Source of the DNA: Octopus vulgaris
Lineage: Eukaryota
Direction: 5' to 3'
DNA length: 64,000 nt
Assembly: GCA_951406725.2 (NCBI GenBank)
Contig: OX597814.1
Location: forward strand, 189,782,001 to 189,846,000
The position numbers were made by a program, and so were the translations under genes. Below, piece by piece: positions 25,800 through 39,220 of this stretch. Under the pieces are notes generated by a model. It made no database searches. It had not been told where the DNA came from and saw only the letters and a list, made by a program, of their open reading frames with translations. Position 1 is the first letter of the stretch. The number at the start of each line of letters is the position of its first letter.

Positions 25800-28557
25800 T
25801 TAGAAATACTAAGAGATGATTTCTATTAAATCACTTTATAAGAAATACTAAGAGAACATGCTATACTTAAAAGGTGGATTCTAAATCACTAAAAGAAAGG
25901 TGGCAGATAACTACTAGTGAAAAGATTATATATACTAATACCCCGCCCCACAAAAAAAATGTAAGTCGACAACGTTTAGAAAAAGTCGAAATCAATCGAT
26001 ACCCGATGTGTTCTTGCTTTATGGCTGTGGAAGAGCTGTATTGTATAACCATGTAGGTTCTTTTCAGAGGGTGGTTATAAATGTTTAGTAAATGTATTAC
26101 AGAGGTAATGCCTTCGTTCTTTTCTCTTACCTTTTGGTTGCAGCTCTTTGGGCACGAATGTGAATTAGACTGCGCAAACTGAATCGGGTTTTGGCAAGCA
26201 ACTCTCATGAGTAAACCACAATGTTGATGTTTGTAGACAGTTTTTAAAAGACTGTTCTATATATATAACTATGAAAATATGGGGTGGAATATTTTTTGAG
26301 TATAAGTCTAGTGGATGAAGTCTGTCCAGGGACTAAGCAACAAGATAGATTTTAGCCCCATGGTATTGAGTACTTTGAGTACCACGTAGTACAAAAATGT
26401 TATAGATCCCGTGTAATAAAATAAGTACTTATATGTTGCTAACACATCTCAGGAATATCAATTCGTATTTGATACTTTTAGGTGAGAACTATTCTGAGTG
26501 ATTTAGTTAAATATTAATTAAGACTCACTTAATTCTACCCTTTTAAAACTTACTGCTAGCCGTAAGGAATTATTAATACAAAAGCACAAAATGAAAATTG
26601 AAAATTAAAACAATCACTTCACCGATGCATATTTATATGTTGTAAGCACGTATGATGTCGTGGATTAAACCTTGAAGAAGTTCTCCAAGTTCTTCACAGA
26701 ATGACGTCCTTGTTCAACTGATTTGCTTACATACTTGGCAACACGTGATAGCGTGAGTCCTCAAACTGTCCAAAACTGCACAGTCTCTCCGTTCGATGCC
26801 TGCGTAATGATTTTGAGAATATGGAGTTCAGACTGAGTTTCATTTTATAGCAACAACTACAAGTCTTAAATATATAAATTTACTTCAAGTATACCGAAGA
26901 CAATGAGAAATACCATCTTATTAAAATGTGAAAAAAAATCTCAGAGCTAAAAATGACAGTAAAAAAAAAATGTATATATATTTTGCTCAAGAAAGTATTG
27001 TAGAAACGCAAAAAAAATTAAAAAGACATTACTTGACATTATACAAGATAAACATTTTGTGTCTATTTAAATATAAAGCTTGGTGATATATATGTTTTGA
27101 AAAATAGGTGGAGTTGCAACATTGACAAAATAAAAGAGAAGCTGTCAGAAGTCCTTAGAATCCTTTCCTTTCATTACAATCACTCGTAGGTGGTCTGCTA
27201 GCCTAGCAGGGGTTCCTGACATCATGCTGTACGATATTGTCAAATGTTGCTGTCTTTAGCGCTGATAATGATGAAGATAGAGAGAGAGAGAAGGGAAGAG
27301 AGAGAGAGGGATGGAGTGAGGGAGGAAGAAAGAATGTAAGAGGAGGACCTATTTCTTTGTTTTTGTTTAGTGGTGGGTATGGTGGGAATTGGTTTGATAA
27401 CATAGCTTACATAAAGAAAGAAACAAGATTTTGTGCTCACAATCTCCGGACGTTCAGCAAACGTTAAATCTCGATTAAAACATTAGTATGAGCCATAATG
27501 TATTTAAATACATATATGCATATAGACCCGAATATGTTTATATATACATACGTGCTTTACGAACCATAACGCATATATGTATGCATGTATGTATGTATGT
27601 ATGTATGTATGTATGTATGTATGTATGTATGTATGTATGTATATATATATATATATATATGTCTGTTGAGAGAAAACTGAAATATTTTGTCTTCATATAA
27701 GTAGGAGTGCATATGTGTGGCAGTGTATTTAACAAGACTTGTAGATATAATACATACACATGTGTAACATATGTAATAATAATACACACCAACGCAGCGC
27801 ACATCATACAGAATTATAATTATATTATAAATAAAACAGCTTTTATATGCACGTTTAAATGTGTGTCAGTTTTCACCATTCGCGTGTTGGTCAACGGTAA
27901 CTGAAATTTTGTAACGAACTTCAAATTATATCTTACTGTTATATAAGATGAATACGATCACATCGCATCAGAGTTCTCAACCCAAGTTCGTCAGGACCTA
28001 AGTTCTCCCGGAAAAGATCACCAGGGATCCAAGAGAAATAATGATGAGCAGGTTAACTATATGCGAATACATGTTTGAGTAATATGTGGAGTTTAATTTG
28101 TATTCGTAATTTCATTATACACGGATGGTATATTCCCTAAGGAAGAGGAATCCAGGTGTTCGTTAGATGGTAAGGAGTTGATACGGGGAAAATGACCTTT
28201 TAATAAGGAATTCTGTAGGAAATTAGGTCAAAAGAAGATCTTGGTTGATGTTAAAACTTTTCAGCTGTCAGTGTGGTATCTGATGAATATAGCACTGACG
28301 AAACTTTCAAAGAGAGTTTTATTTATTCAGTTCATGTAATTTGATACCATGAAAGAGAAATAAAACACACACTCACACATACATGTATTTATGTATGTAT
28401 GTATGTAAGTATGTATAGATAGATATACACACATATTATCTATATATATATAAAGATAAGAATGTGTCTGTCTATTTGTCTCTCTGTGTGAATCCCTAGA
28501 ACTCGAGAACTACCCTACCAACTTCATTCAAATTTTACATATGCCTTACTTAGGATC

Positions 28558-28862
28558 AATGGTTTTTCCTTCCCGAGCCATGCCTGGCTCATAGGGCCGG
28601 TTTCCTGGTTTCCTTAGCGTATAGGTTTCCCCACCTGGACGAGACGCCGGTCCGTTGCAGGTGAGCTGCAAGATGCAGGAGGAAAGAGTAAGAGAAAGTT
28701 ACGGCGAAAGAGTCAGCAGAAGTTCGCCATTACCTTCTGCCGGAGCCGTGTAGAGCTTAGGTGTTTCGCTCATAAACACACACATCGCCCGGTCTGAGAT
28801 TCGAACCCGCGATCCCTCGATCCCGAGTCCGCTGCTTTAACCACTAGGCCATGTGCCTCCAC
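28558..28862 (-). mobile_element. tRNA-derived SINE
   Basis: Minus strand ggaggcacatggcctagtggtt (A box)...ggttcgaatctc (B box); near-identical to 29724-30029. Confidence 0.9.
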
Positions 28863-29120
28863 AAATAAATGCGCCCTTTTTTTAAAGCCTAGCCAGGCTC
28901 ATGGGCCCGGTTTCCCGGTTTCAATGGCGTATGTGTGCCCCAGTTGGACGGGACGCCAGTCCATCGCAGCTTTACTCATTTTTGCCAGCTGAGTGGACTG
29001 GAGCAACGTGAAATTAAGTGTTTTTTCCTCAAGAACACAACGCGTCGCCCGGTCCAGGAGTCGAAACAACAATCTTACGATCATGGTACTGACACCCGAA
29101 CCTCTAAGCCACGCTCCTCC
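28863..29120 (-). mobile_element. tRNA-derived SINE, different head with a related 3' tail
   Basis: ggaggagcgtggcttagagg...gtttcgactcc; tail gaaaccgggaaaccgggcccatgagcc. Confidence 0.85.
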
Positions 29121-29432
29121 ACTTAGGATCCATGCAGTGTCATGGGCCAAAATGTTTTCAACTTCTTAGATCATATTTTCTCACGATCAGGACCGACAAT
29201 TGGGTTAAGCAGCAAGTTATTTTCCGACATGATGTGACGTTTTATAATAAAAAGTAGGTCGGATTAGCAAAATCATCGGTGAGTTGGATAGGTATTTTGT
29301 TGTAATTGCTCAGGCTCTCTGTGTCCTAATGTCCTGAGTTCTAGAGTTCTAACACCGTCGACCGACGTCAGTGTTGTCCTTCATTTCTCCGAGGTCAATA
29401 TATACATTACCAGCAAAGTATCAAATCGGATC

Positions 29433-29465
<33 letters not shown>

Positions 29466-29723
29466 TCCCCCCTCTCTCTCTCTCATTCTCTCGCTTTCTC
29501 ACAGCATCGAGAAAGTTGCATCGCATAAGAATCATGCCGTCCACACACATTACTTTCACTTCTTCCAAACATTAAAGACGGTTTCGGTTTGATGTAAGTC
29601 ACCAATACTCATTCAAAATTCTACAAACTCCACCAAAAACAAAAAATAAACACTGGACATTGCGGATGTGTACATACAGATGACCTGTATGTTTTAAGAA
29701 AAGAACAAAATACAATGAAAATA

Positions 29724-30029
29724 TTGTTGTTTGTTCCTTCGCGAGCTATCCTTGGCTCATAGGGCCGGTTTCCCGGTTTCCTTGGCGTAGAGATTCCCCA
29801 CTTGGACAGGACGCGGGTCCGTCGCAGGTGAGCTGCAAGATGCAGGTGGAAAGAGGGAGAGAAAGTTGCGGCGAAAGAGTCAGCAGAAGTTCGCCATTAC
29901 CTTCTGCCGTAGCCACGTGGAGCTTAGGTGTTTCGCTCATAAACATACACATCGCCCGGTCTGAGATTCGAACCCGCGATCCCTCGACCGCGAGTCCGTT
30001 GCTCTCACCACTAGGCCATGTGCCTTCAC
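29724..30029 (-). mobile_element. tRNA-derived SINE
   Basis: Homologous to 28558-28862 along its length. Confidence 0.9.
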
Positions 30030-30282
30030 AAATAAAATTATAATATACTCTAATGTTTTTTATTAACATATCCATTTTCAAATGCGAAACGTTGCCCATT
30101 TAACTGCATTCATTCTCAGTGTTGTATTTCAGATCCAAGACATACTCTGTTAAAGTACATTTTCTATCATTTAAAATTATCAAAATACTGTTCAATTTAA
30201 TTTTATGTGAGAAACTTGTAAGTCTTTTATGGTATTAGTACGATATTTAGGTACAATGTTATTAGTCTCAGACTACAATATT

Positions 30283-30347
<65 letters not shown>

Positions 30348-30357
30348 CATCATCATG

Positions 30358-30414
<57 letters not shown>

Positions 30415-30427
30415 GTTATTAATATTA

Positions 30428-30479
<52 letters not shown>

Positions 30480-30504
30480 CATGATTATTATTATTATTAT
30501 TATT

Positions 30505-31898
30505 CAGTAGTTTTATTTTTATAGCGTGCTTTCACTTCACTACCGAGCGCAGCTCTGTGTGCCTTGGGTATGTGCTGTGATTTGTTGTGATGCTCTGATG
30601 GTTATTGTATGGAAAGTGTTCTGCGTAGGATGTGTGCAGTGCCTAGTAGTGCAATTTTCTGTATGTTATATGTGTTTGTAAGTCCTGGTGTTTTTGTTAT
30701 GTATTTGTCTGAATATTTTTTTATCATGCCTAATGCACCTACTATGATAGGAATTGTTTCTGTTTTCAGATTCCACATTCTAGTTACCTCTATTTCCAGG
30801 TCTTTGTATTTTGAGAGTTTCTCCATTTCTTTTAGAGACACGTTGTCATCAGCCGGTATTGATACATCAATTAGAAAGCATTTTTTTCTTCATGGTCTTT
30901 GACAACTATATCTGGTCTGTTGGCCTTAATTTCTCTATCTGTGTGTATCGGCATATCCCAGAGTATGGTTGCTTTCTCGTTTTCTGTGACCTTTTCTGGT
31001 GTGTGCCTATACCATCTTTTTTCTGTTGTTATTCCATAATGTTGGCATAGCTTCCAGTGTATGTAGGTTCCAACTCTGTCATGTCTGTGAATATATTCCT
31101 TCTTAGCCAGGACTGGGCAGCTAGAGATAATATGATTTATTGTTTCTTGTCCATCTCCACATATTCTGCAGTTACTTGTAATATTTCTTTTCATTACATG
31201 TTTTTGGTAATTTCTGGTGGGGAGGCTTTGGTCTTGTGCTGCAATTAAAAATCCCTCTGTTTCTGCTTTGAGTCCTGAGCTTCTCAACCATTGCTGGGAT
31301 TTTTCTTTGTCTATTTCTTTTGCGTTTAGTTTAGTCCAGTATTTACCATGAAGGGGCTTTTCTTGCCATCGTTTTATCATGGTTCGTTGCTGTTCTATTT
31401 TTAGTTTGGATTTCATTTGTTTTATAGCTTTTGTTGTTTCTTCATCTTCTTCTTCTTCTTTGTGTTTATTAGGTGGTATGATTTCTTGTTTGTATTTGTC
31501 AGCTTCCTTAAATACTGAGAACAGTTTTTTGTTTTGCTCGTGTTTTGCCGCTATCTGGATCAGTTTTCCTTCCTTCTGAAGTAGATATTTTTGCAGTCCT
31601 ATGGTGGTTTTTTTATAGTAGTTTTCCAGCTGTATAAGGCCTCTACCACCTTCTATACGTTGTATATATAGTCTTTCTATGTCAGATTTTGGGTGATGCA
31701 TCCTAGATCCTGTCATTATTTTTCTTGTTTTCCTATCTATTTTGGTCAGTTCATTTCGTGTCTAGTTAAGGATATTGTAGCTGTAACTTATAACTGGGAC
31801 AGCTAAAGTGTTGATACCTATTATCTTGTTTTTAGCATTGAGCTCTGTGTTTAGTATTGATCTAACTCGTCTATAATATTCTTTTTTTATTTTCTCTT

Positions 31899-31901
<3 letters not shown>
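30505..31901 (-). mobile_element. 5'-truncated R4/Dong-type LINE (restriction-like endonuclease) inserted in (TAA)n
   Basis: CRICGDGQETINHIISSC zinc knuckle, RHD, RPDIVV and EKLSKYKDL motifs; one frameshift in a T run near 30880; long (ATT)n on both sides. Confidence 0.92.
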
Positions 31902-31932
<31 letters not shown>

Positions 31933-31933
31933 G

Positions 31934-31969
<36 letters not shown>

Positions 31970-32491
31970 ATTATTATTATTATTGCGATACTGCGAGATC
32001 ATGTACTCCAGAATGTTACAGTATATTATCAGGAAATACTAATGTATTTCTATGGTAAACTTTTCTCAAGATGAATCTGATATATGTTATAGAGCGATTG
32101 ATATCTCTCAGACCAATGCGTCGGCGACGACTGACTATATTTTATTATTTTACAAGATTTTATTTTTATAAAATAGTATCTTTAATGTTTGATTTCACGG
32201 CATGCTTATCATACAGCAATGATAAAGGTAAAGAAACAGATACAAAGTAGCCACACACAAACACGCACACACACACACACACATATACATATATATATTT
32301 ATATATATATGAGATAAAACCACTATTATGCAACTCAAACACTGATAGACATTAACCAATACATAAATAACAAATAATATATATATAATTAATATAATAT
32401 ATACAATATATATATATAATTTTTAAATATTTATTTATTTTATTTTTTTAAGTATAAAAAGAATTATAAATATAATATAATAAGTAAAAAC

Positions 32492-32589
32492 ACTACGTAC
32501 GTTTCATGGCTATAATTAAATTCGCATTACAATTAAGTTTAAATGCAATTGATATAAATTCGAACTAAAATTATAGTCAATCTTCAGGT
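32492..32589 (-). ncRNA. Type I hammerhead, intact core, short stem I
   Basis: AC-CTGAAGA-TTGACTATAATT...AATTATAGCCAT-GAAA-CGTACG-TA-GT; palindromic stem III ACGTACGT. Confidence 0.72.
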
Positions 32590-32939
32590 TAATGATAATA
32601 GTTAAATAAATAAGCAAATAGAGTTACACAATGTTTTTAAGAAATAAATAAAATAATAATTTTTCTTATAGATATTTATTTTTAATGTAAAAAATAGATA
32701 GAAATATGTATTTATCTATCAAGATATAATATGGCTTTAAAAAACCCATAAAACTCTCGAATATCCTTAACTCGGTTATAGTCCAATATTTAATTACCAA
32801 ATTATTTAACAAAATAATCAGTACTCATATTTTGAGATTTAAGTGCGCATCTAATAAATTATAATAATACTAAATTGTATTTTTCCCTCCAAGTTTGGAG
32901 CTATGCTCCTAATATTATTTATATATATATATATATATA

Positions 32940-33358
32940 GGCGCAGGAGTGGCTGTGTGGTAAGTAGCTTGTTTACCAACCACATGGTTCCGGGTTCAGT
33001 CCCACTGCGTGGCATCTTGGGAAAAGTGTCTTCTACTATAGCCTCGGGCCGACCAAAGCCTTGTGAGTGGATTTGGTAGACGGAAACTGAAAGAAGCCCG
33101 TCGTATATATGTATATATATATATATATACGCGTGTGTGTGTTTGTGTGTCTGTGTGTCCCCCTACCATTGTTTGACAACCGATGCTGGTGTGTTTATGT
33201 CCCCGTTACTTAGCGGTTCGGCAAAAAGGGACCGATAGAATAAGTACTGGGCTTACAAAGAATAAGCCCTGGGGTCGATATGCTCGATTAAAGGCGGTGC
33301 TCCAGCATGGCCGCAGTCAAATGACTGAAACAAGTAAAAGAGTAAGAGTAAAAGAGTA
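32940..33358 (+). mobile_element. Full-length tRNA-derived SINE (25396 family)
   Basis: Near-identical to 25396-25799; sits in (TA)n. Confidence 0.92.
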
Positions 33359-33924
33359 TATATGTATATATATATATATATATATAACGTTGACGTATTA
33401 AGAATTTAGAATTAAGAAACTTCGAGAATTTGAAATAATTAAATAATTCTTTTTTGGAAGGGTCAATCTTGAAGTAGATAAAGCAATAGATAATAGGGAA
33501 AACCTGCGGTTAAAAGACCACTTTGAGAAGAGAAAATCGAAGGCTGTCCATGGGACTTGAATTCATTGTCCATGTAAATATGACAGATGTTCTACCATTG
33601 GACCAAAGCAAATCTATGAATTTCTTTATTCATTTTTAAAGTTTACACCTAACAATGAGGATTATATGTATATCATTATTCAGTTTATTTGAAGATTTCT
33701 TGCCAATAGAGAAAGAACCGGTTTCTAACCTTCATTGGAATTTCAACATCAATAACAGGGTATTTTTTTGTATGTATGTATATATATGTGCATGTGTGTG
33801 TGAATATATGTGTGTATGTATGTATGACGTATGTTCGTATGTATGTAGACATGTATATACTTATGTATCAATGTATACATGTACATATGGATGTTTGTTT
33901 TTGTATGTCTGTATGTCTGTATAG

Positions 33925-35400
33925 AACTGTCACCAGTGTTTTTTAGCAGCCTGTGAAAGGTTCGGCCAGAATCAATGTGGATAAAAATTACAAAAGAAAC
34001 AATGTAACAACCAAGTTGCAATATAAAAAAGTGAATGAAATATGAAATATGACGATGTCTCATTCTAAGAACATAAGTCGACGATTCGCCTAGTTCGATG
34101 TTTTGCTTCAAGATTCAGGCAATTGGTCAAAACATGCCTGATCCTTTCTTTGTGATGGATTTCTGCATATAAGCATTGACAATCCACAGCTAGAAAAAGA
34201 TGTTTATTGTGCACACTGTTTAAGGAAAATTTAACAGCCAATTGAAGCAGTTTGAGCTGTTTAAAGGATGTAGATGTACAAACAATTCGAGAAAACCCCT
34301 GTACTAGATTGACTCGATTGCATTGACAATAGACACGGATTGTAGGTGAGGCAATGGCGTGCAACTTCTCATTAACTGCAGTGATTTTTTCCGCTCTCGA
34401 CCAAGCGCTGTCATAGCACAGAGCAACATACAACAACATATAACAGTGTAGTTTTGCGATTTAAAAGATTTTTCACCTTCACATTCAAAAGATTCTTCTA
34501 TGTTGCCTTTCAATTGACCAATGTAGTATTTAATCATCTTACATCCGTTGATTGTAAAACAGAGATCAAGGAAATTAGGTAGTAATTATTTTATAAACTT
34601 GTTTTTTATAAACTTTGTTAGCCATGGATACTGCAGATGTATTACTTTCAGACAGTTTATGTTTGACACTCCATATCGAAGAGGCCGGGACATGTAATTA
34701 GAACTTCTCGTAAATAGTCAAAGCATTGCTCTGTCCCGCAGCTACGAAACAAGAAAGCTTGACTAATTAAAATTATGCCTATGTAGTGGTTTTGATTTGA
34801 CCGGAAATTGTCGACAGCACAAACCGGATGCTACATTTCCTGGTATACTCTAGGTTAGAACTCTACATATCTGAGATGTATTTGAGTGGATTCATTTCTT
34901 AAGCTGTTGATATTATCTGTAGGCTTAAGCCATTGAATCTGCTGCACCGCATATGCCCAAACAATATCAGACACCACTATTAAGAACGTCTTATTTTCAG
35001 TGAAATGTTTTCAGATTCCTCGTCAGAGTGCAACATGGCTGCCTCTCCGCAGATTGTCACACATAGAAAACCTTGGTCACAATTCGTGCTTTCTAAATAT
35101 GTTGAATCAGAATACGTTAAGTCTATAACATCAAACGCTTCGAAATCTGCCGAATTTTGGAATTGAAGAATGATTAATATTTTCTATTGTCGCAGTAATA
35201 AGTTATATATAATATAACTTATAAGTAATAAGTTATATTAATATTTTCTATTGTCGCAGTAATAAGTTATATACATAATATATCTATTACGTATCGGATT
35301 TCCAAAAACATAGGAAAAATTAGCAAGTTTATAAATATCTTTGTGCAAAAAATGACAAAATGTCTGCTAATGCGCAGCTTGACACAATATGAAAACAAAC
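33925..35400 (-). mobile_element. Highly decayed hAT-like transposase region
   Basis: Weak similarity of IVSFVIFIHIDSGRTFHRL to the hAT dimerisation motif (ERxFS); many stops; 34009-34243 is duplicated at 37913-38162. Confidence 0.35.
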
Positions 35401-36080
35401 AGGACTATAACACCATTAAGAATAAACAAGCATTATTATCACATTAGGTTTTTAAATAAACAAACATTGTTTTTACAATGAGATAATTATATTTCCCAAT
35501 CTCAAAATCTCTGAAGATTAATTCAACCTAGAAATGCAACATTTTGTTTATTATTAGTGAAAGTGGCTCGTGGAAAGACGACAAAATGAGTCGTCTCGTT
35601 AGACTTTGAGTGATTTCTACATATTCAAGATTCTATCACAATGAAGACAGATTGAGTAAAAAGGAAAAGATTAGACAAAAAATATCATTAAACAGTGGTA
35701 CACATAGACGGAGCTGAAAAGTATTTTGGTGGGGGAAGATGTCTCAGGGGGAACCGGAGCTTTTTGTTTGAAAAATTTTGAAATTGTTCGAAAAATTCAA
35801 AACAGCACAAAACAAATTTATGAAGGTAATTAATAATGTCATCAAGCTAAAACTATAATCCCAGTGCAACAAACAAAAATATTTCAAAACTGTTTGATCT
35901 TCAAATAATATTTGATGAAATGTTTTTATTCTTATATGTCATAGTTATATTAAGGGAAAAAGTTCAAATATAAGCTCAGAACAGATGAGATTTCCTATTC
36001 TTCGTAAAGCCGAATATATTCTCTACTGTTAAAACTTGGGGCCTGAAGTAGGGTTTTCTTTTCTTTTTTTTTCTTTCTTT

Positions 36081-37103
36081 GACACGCAGGATCCGAAAAA
36101 TGACATCCATTTATTACAATCACGTCAAGATTTTAAGATACTGGTCCACAGAATTTCATTATTTTTTCAATAATAGCGCTTATGAGGAATACAGTATGAT
36201 ATACAAACATACATAGAAATTCGCTTTTCTTCAAAACCAGAATGTTTTATTAAAATTCTACCGAAAAATTAGAAATTTTCAAATTACATCATTGCATATG
36301 TCGAATTTCTCATGAATTTGCGTTTGAATGATTGCCTTGCATACTGACCTTCAGTGAAACCATGAAACAGATTTCAGCAATAGTCTGGCATCATATGCAA
36401 GTTACATCTGATTTGATTCCTGTATTGCATTGATTGTATGTCCGTGCACGTCACTTGTGTCACCAAGATTTTCAGGTATTTTATCAAGTTGACTGTAGAG
36501 ATACTGCAGATTTATGCTCATATTTGCGCCCAAACTTTGAATGTCCTCCAGTATGCTGTCGACTATTTCAGCATAGCTGGCTGATATCTTGTTACCCGGA
36601 GAGTAATTTACAACTATTATAAAATGAACTCCATGATGCAGCTTCAATGAACAGCGCTGAACTTACAAAGTTCAATTTTTCAAAAACTATTAAATACTCC
36701 AGCTTTATTTTTCCACTGCTCAGATCGGAAAGCATGCCGCAAATATAGTGAAAGCGTTCTCCATCTTTATCCAGACCTTTAGCAGGCTGCTTCATAATGC
36801 CAAGTTTGATATGGCGTAGAGGGAGGATGATTTTTTCCCTGTTGAACTAAAAGCAAGACCCTGGAACTAATATCTGCTGCAACCATTCTTTCATTACCTG
36901 ATATTTTTCCTTGTTTCTGCTGTTTCCACATACATAAGTAGCATAGATATTTGGTGTTTCCACTTTGTAGCCCCAGGAGAAAATTGACCATCTTAAAGTT
37001 CATTGCATATCACCCACTGATGACTGTGTGGGCGGGGCGGTTAGGTATCTTGAAATCTAGACGTGAAGATAAAAATGGATTCCCTTTTCGGATTCAGCAT
37101 GTC
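36081..37103 (-). mobile_element. Chapaev3-like (CMC) DNA transposon remnant with ~60-bp inverted repeats
   Basis: FKMVNFLLGLQSGNTKYLCYLCMW, LPPLHIKLGIMKQ and LGANMSINLQYLYSQLDKIPENLGDTSDVHG; inverted repeats at 36081-36141 / 37045-37103. Confidence 0.75.
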
Positions 37104-37681
37104 TAAAAAAACCTTCAAATCAGGTGAAAACATTCTGACAACAAAATGCCTGTTGGGTTGTGGTGACCTTGGTAACATCGTCATCTACAACTTCATTTCC
37201 CTACTTCCATTCTATACACGTCAAAATTTCAAGATTCAAACCAGCTGTGTAGATAATTCTTCAATCTTTAGAGAGAATAAAAACAACGCTCAAAGGAGTT
37301 CAGCACGATGGAGCCCCTGGCCAAATTTCAACTGCCGATGTAACGAGATGTCGTATGTTTATAGCATGTCATCTCTTTTTGAAAAATTAACCACCACAAT
37401 CATTCAACCTTCGATCAAGGATTTCACCAGTATTTTTTTTTTCTTATAAATAACCAGTATTTTTTCTAGAAAATTTAGCCTTTGTGAAATAAGGGGAAAA
37501 GATAACTGCAAACTCCCAGCCTTTTTGCTCATAGTAGGGAGTATATCAAAGTAAAATACAATATAAGTTAGAACGATAAAGGAGAGCTTAACTGGTAGAG
37601 AGAGAATACATATGGTAACTGTTTTGTTTACAATCGACCAAGAAAGCGTGAAATACGTTATCTGCATTCCAACAGAACAAG

Positions 37682-37780
37682 GCACGGTTTCGTTGCACGG
37701 CTTCGTTGCACGGCTTCGTTGCACGGCTTCGTTGCACGGCTTCGTTGCACGGCTTCGTTGCACGGCTTCGTTGCACGGCT
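37682..37780. repeat. 13-bp minisatellite GCACGGCTTCGTT, about 7.5 copies
   Basis: Directly visible and nearly perfect. Confidence 0.95.
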
Positions 37781-38695
37781 AGAACACGATAAAATGAGGC
37801 GCTAACACACACGGCAGAAGATTGAGTACTCATAGATAATAGCAATGGTAACTATATGATACATGAATGAGTTAGACAAGGCTGGTAGAGAAATTTCTGA
37901 AGGTAAAGGTTAAACCAAGTTGCAATATAAAAAAAAGTGAATGAAATATGAAATGTGACGATGTTTCATTCTAATAACATAAGTTGGCAATTCGGCTAAT
38001 TCAATGTTTTGCCTCTAAACAAAACACAATGTCTTCAAGTTTCAGGCACTTGGTCGAAACACGTCTGATCCTTTCTTTGCCATGGATTTCTGGATATGAA
38101 TATTGACCATCCACAGCTAGAAAAAGATGTGCACACTGTTTAAGGACAATTTTACAGCAATTTTACCCATATTGTTCGTCGGTGCATAACGACGAGAAAC
38201 TACAAAGTTAATGCACTTCAAGGTCGACAAAATAAGTACCAGTTGAATACTGGGGTCGATGTGATCGACTTACTCTCTTCGCCATACTTACTGGCCTTGT
38301 GCCAAAATCTGAAACCAATATTCATTACAGTAAAGCAACGTATTAAGTTCGTTCCAGGAATCTATCCAATATTGTTAGATTCTAAGTTTAAACTACAAAG
38401 TTAATCTCTTGTCTTTAATCTTTGTTTTAGTCATTAGAATGCAGCCATTCTGGGGCAAAATCTTGAAGAACTTTTAATCGAATGAATCGACCCCAGTACT
38501 TATTTTTTAAGCCCTGGTACTTATTCTGTTGGTCACTTTTCTGCCGAACCGTTAAGTTATAGTCTCGTAAACAAACCAACAGCAGTTGTCAAGCGGTTGT
38601 GGCGAACAAAAACAGACACAAATACTCTCTCTCCTTTCTCTCGCTCTAGCCATGATACCTTTTTCTATATTCTCTCCCTGTTTATTTCTGTGTTC

Positions 38696-38731
38696 CTTTC
38701 TGTCGAAGAGCGTAGGCTCGAAATGTAAAAG
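38696..38731 (+). ncRNA. Minimal hammerhead-like motif with non-canonical CUGUCGA core
   Basis: CTTT-CTGTCGA-A-GAGC-gtag-GCTC-GAAA-TGTA-AAAG; stems I and II pair. Confidence 0.5.
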
Positions 38732-38869
38732 ACTTTCTCACTTTCCGAGCGTTAAACTCATACATCAGTTTGTTGTTTACACACCCGTCTTTTCTTGTTG
38801 TTTTTTTTTTTTTTGTAAATTCTCACTATGAAAAGCAACTCAACACTATTTAAAAGCAACTGCAGACAT

Positions 38870-39088
38870 TGTATGTGTGTCTGTGTTTGTCCTCTCCAAC
38901 ATCGCTTGACAATTGATGCTGGTGTGTTTACGCCCCCGTAACTTAGCGGTTTGGCAAAAGAGACCGATAGAATAAGCACTAGGCTTACAAAGAATAAATT
39001 TTGGGGTCGAATTGCTCGACTAAAGGCAGTGTTCCAGCATGGCCACAGTCAAATGACTTAAACAAGTAACAGAGTAAAAGAGTAAAGA
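38870..39088 (+). mobile_element. 3' half of a 25396-family SINE
   Basis: gatgctggtgtgtttacg...cagtcaaatgact...gagtaaaagag. Confidence 0.85.
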
Positions 39089-39092
39089 ATAA

Positions 39093-39220
39093 CACATCTC
39101 ACCAAGAAGCTGTACGGAGATATCCTTCCTGTTTCTACCATTATAAGAAAAAGGCACTTGCACTTTGCAGGACGTTGCTGGCGAGCTAAACAAGAGCTGA
39201 CAATTGACCTGCTGTAATGG
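39093..39220 (+). mobile_element. RTE-type LINE C-terminal fragment
   Basis: HLTKKLYGDILPVSTIIRKRHLHFAGRCWRAKQEL. Confidence 0.6.

Larger units (their letters stand above)
28439..29180 (+). mobile_element. Non-autonomous Helitron 5' part interrupted by SINEs
   Basis: A|TC-TATATATATATAAAG...tgtgtctgtc start resembling the 12818 element; sequence resumes after the TSD at 29121. Confidence 0.6.

Noticed and set aside
37682-37780. CRISPR-like appearance of short repeats (also 55981-56370)
   Set aside because: Head-to-tail units with no unique spacers, no cas genes, eukaryotic context.
34009-38162. Direct repeats as LTRs of a retrotransposon
   Set aside because: No TG...CA ends, PBS, PPT or gag/pol; the interior is DNA-transposon debris.
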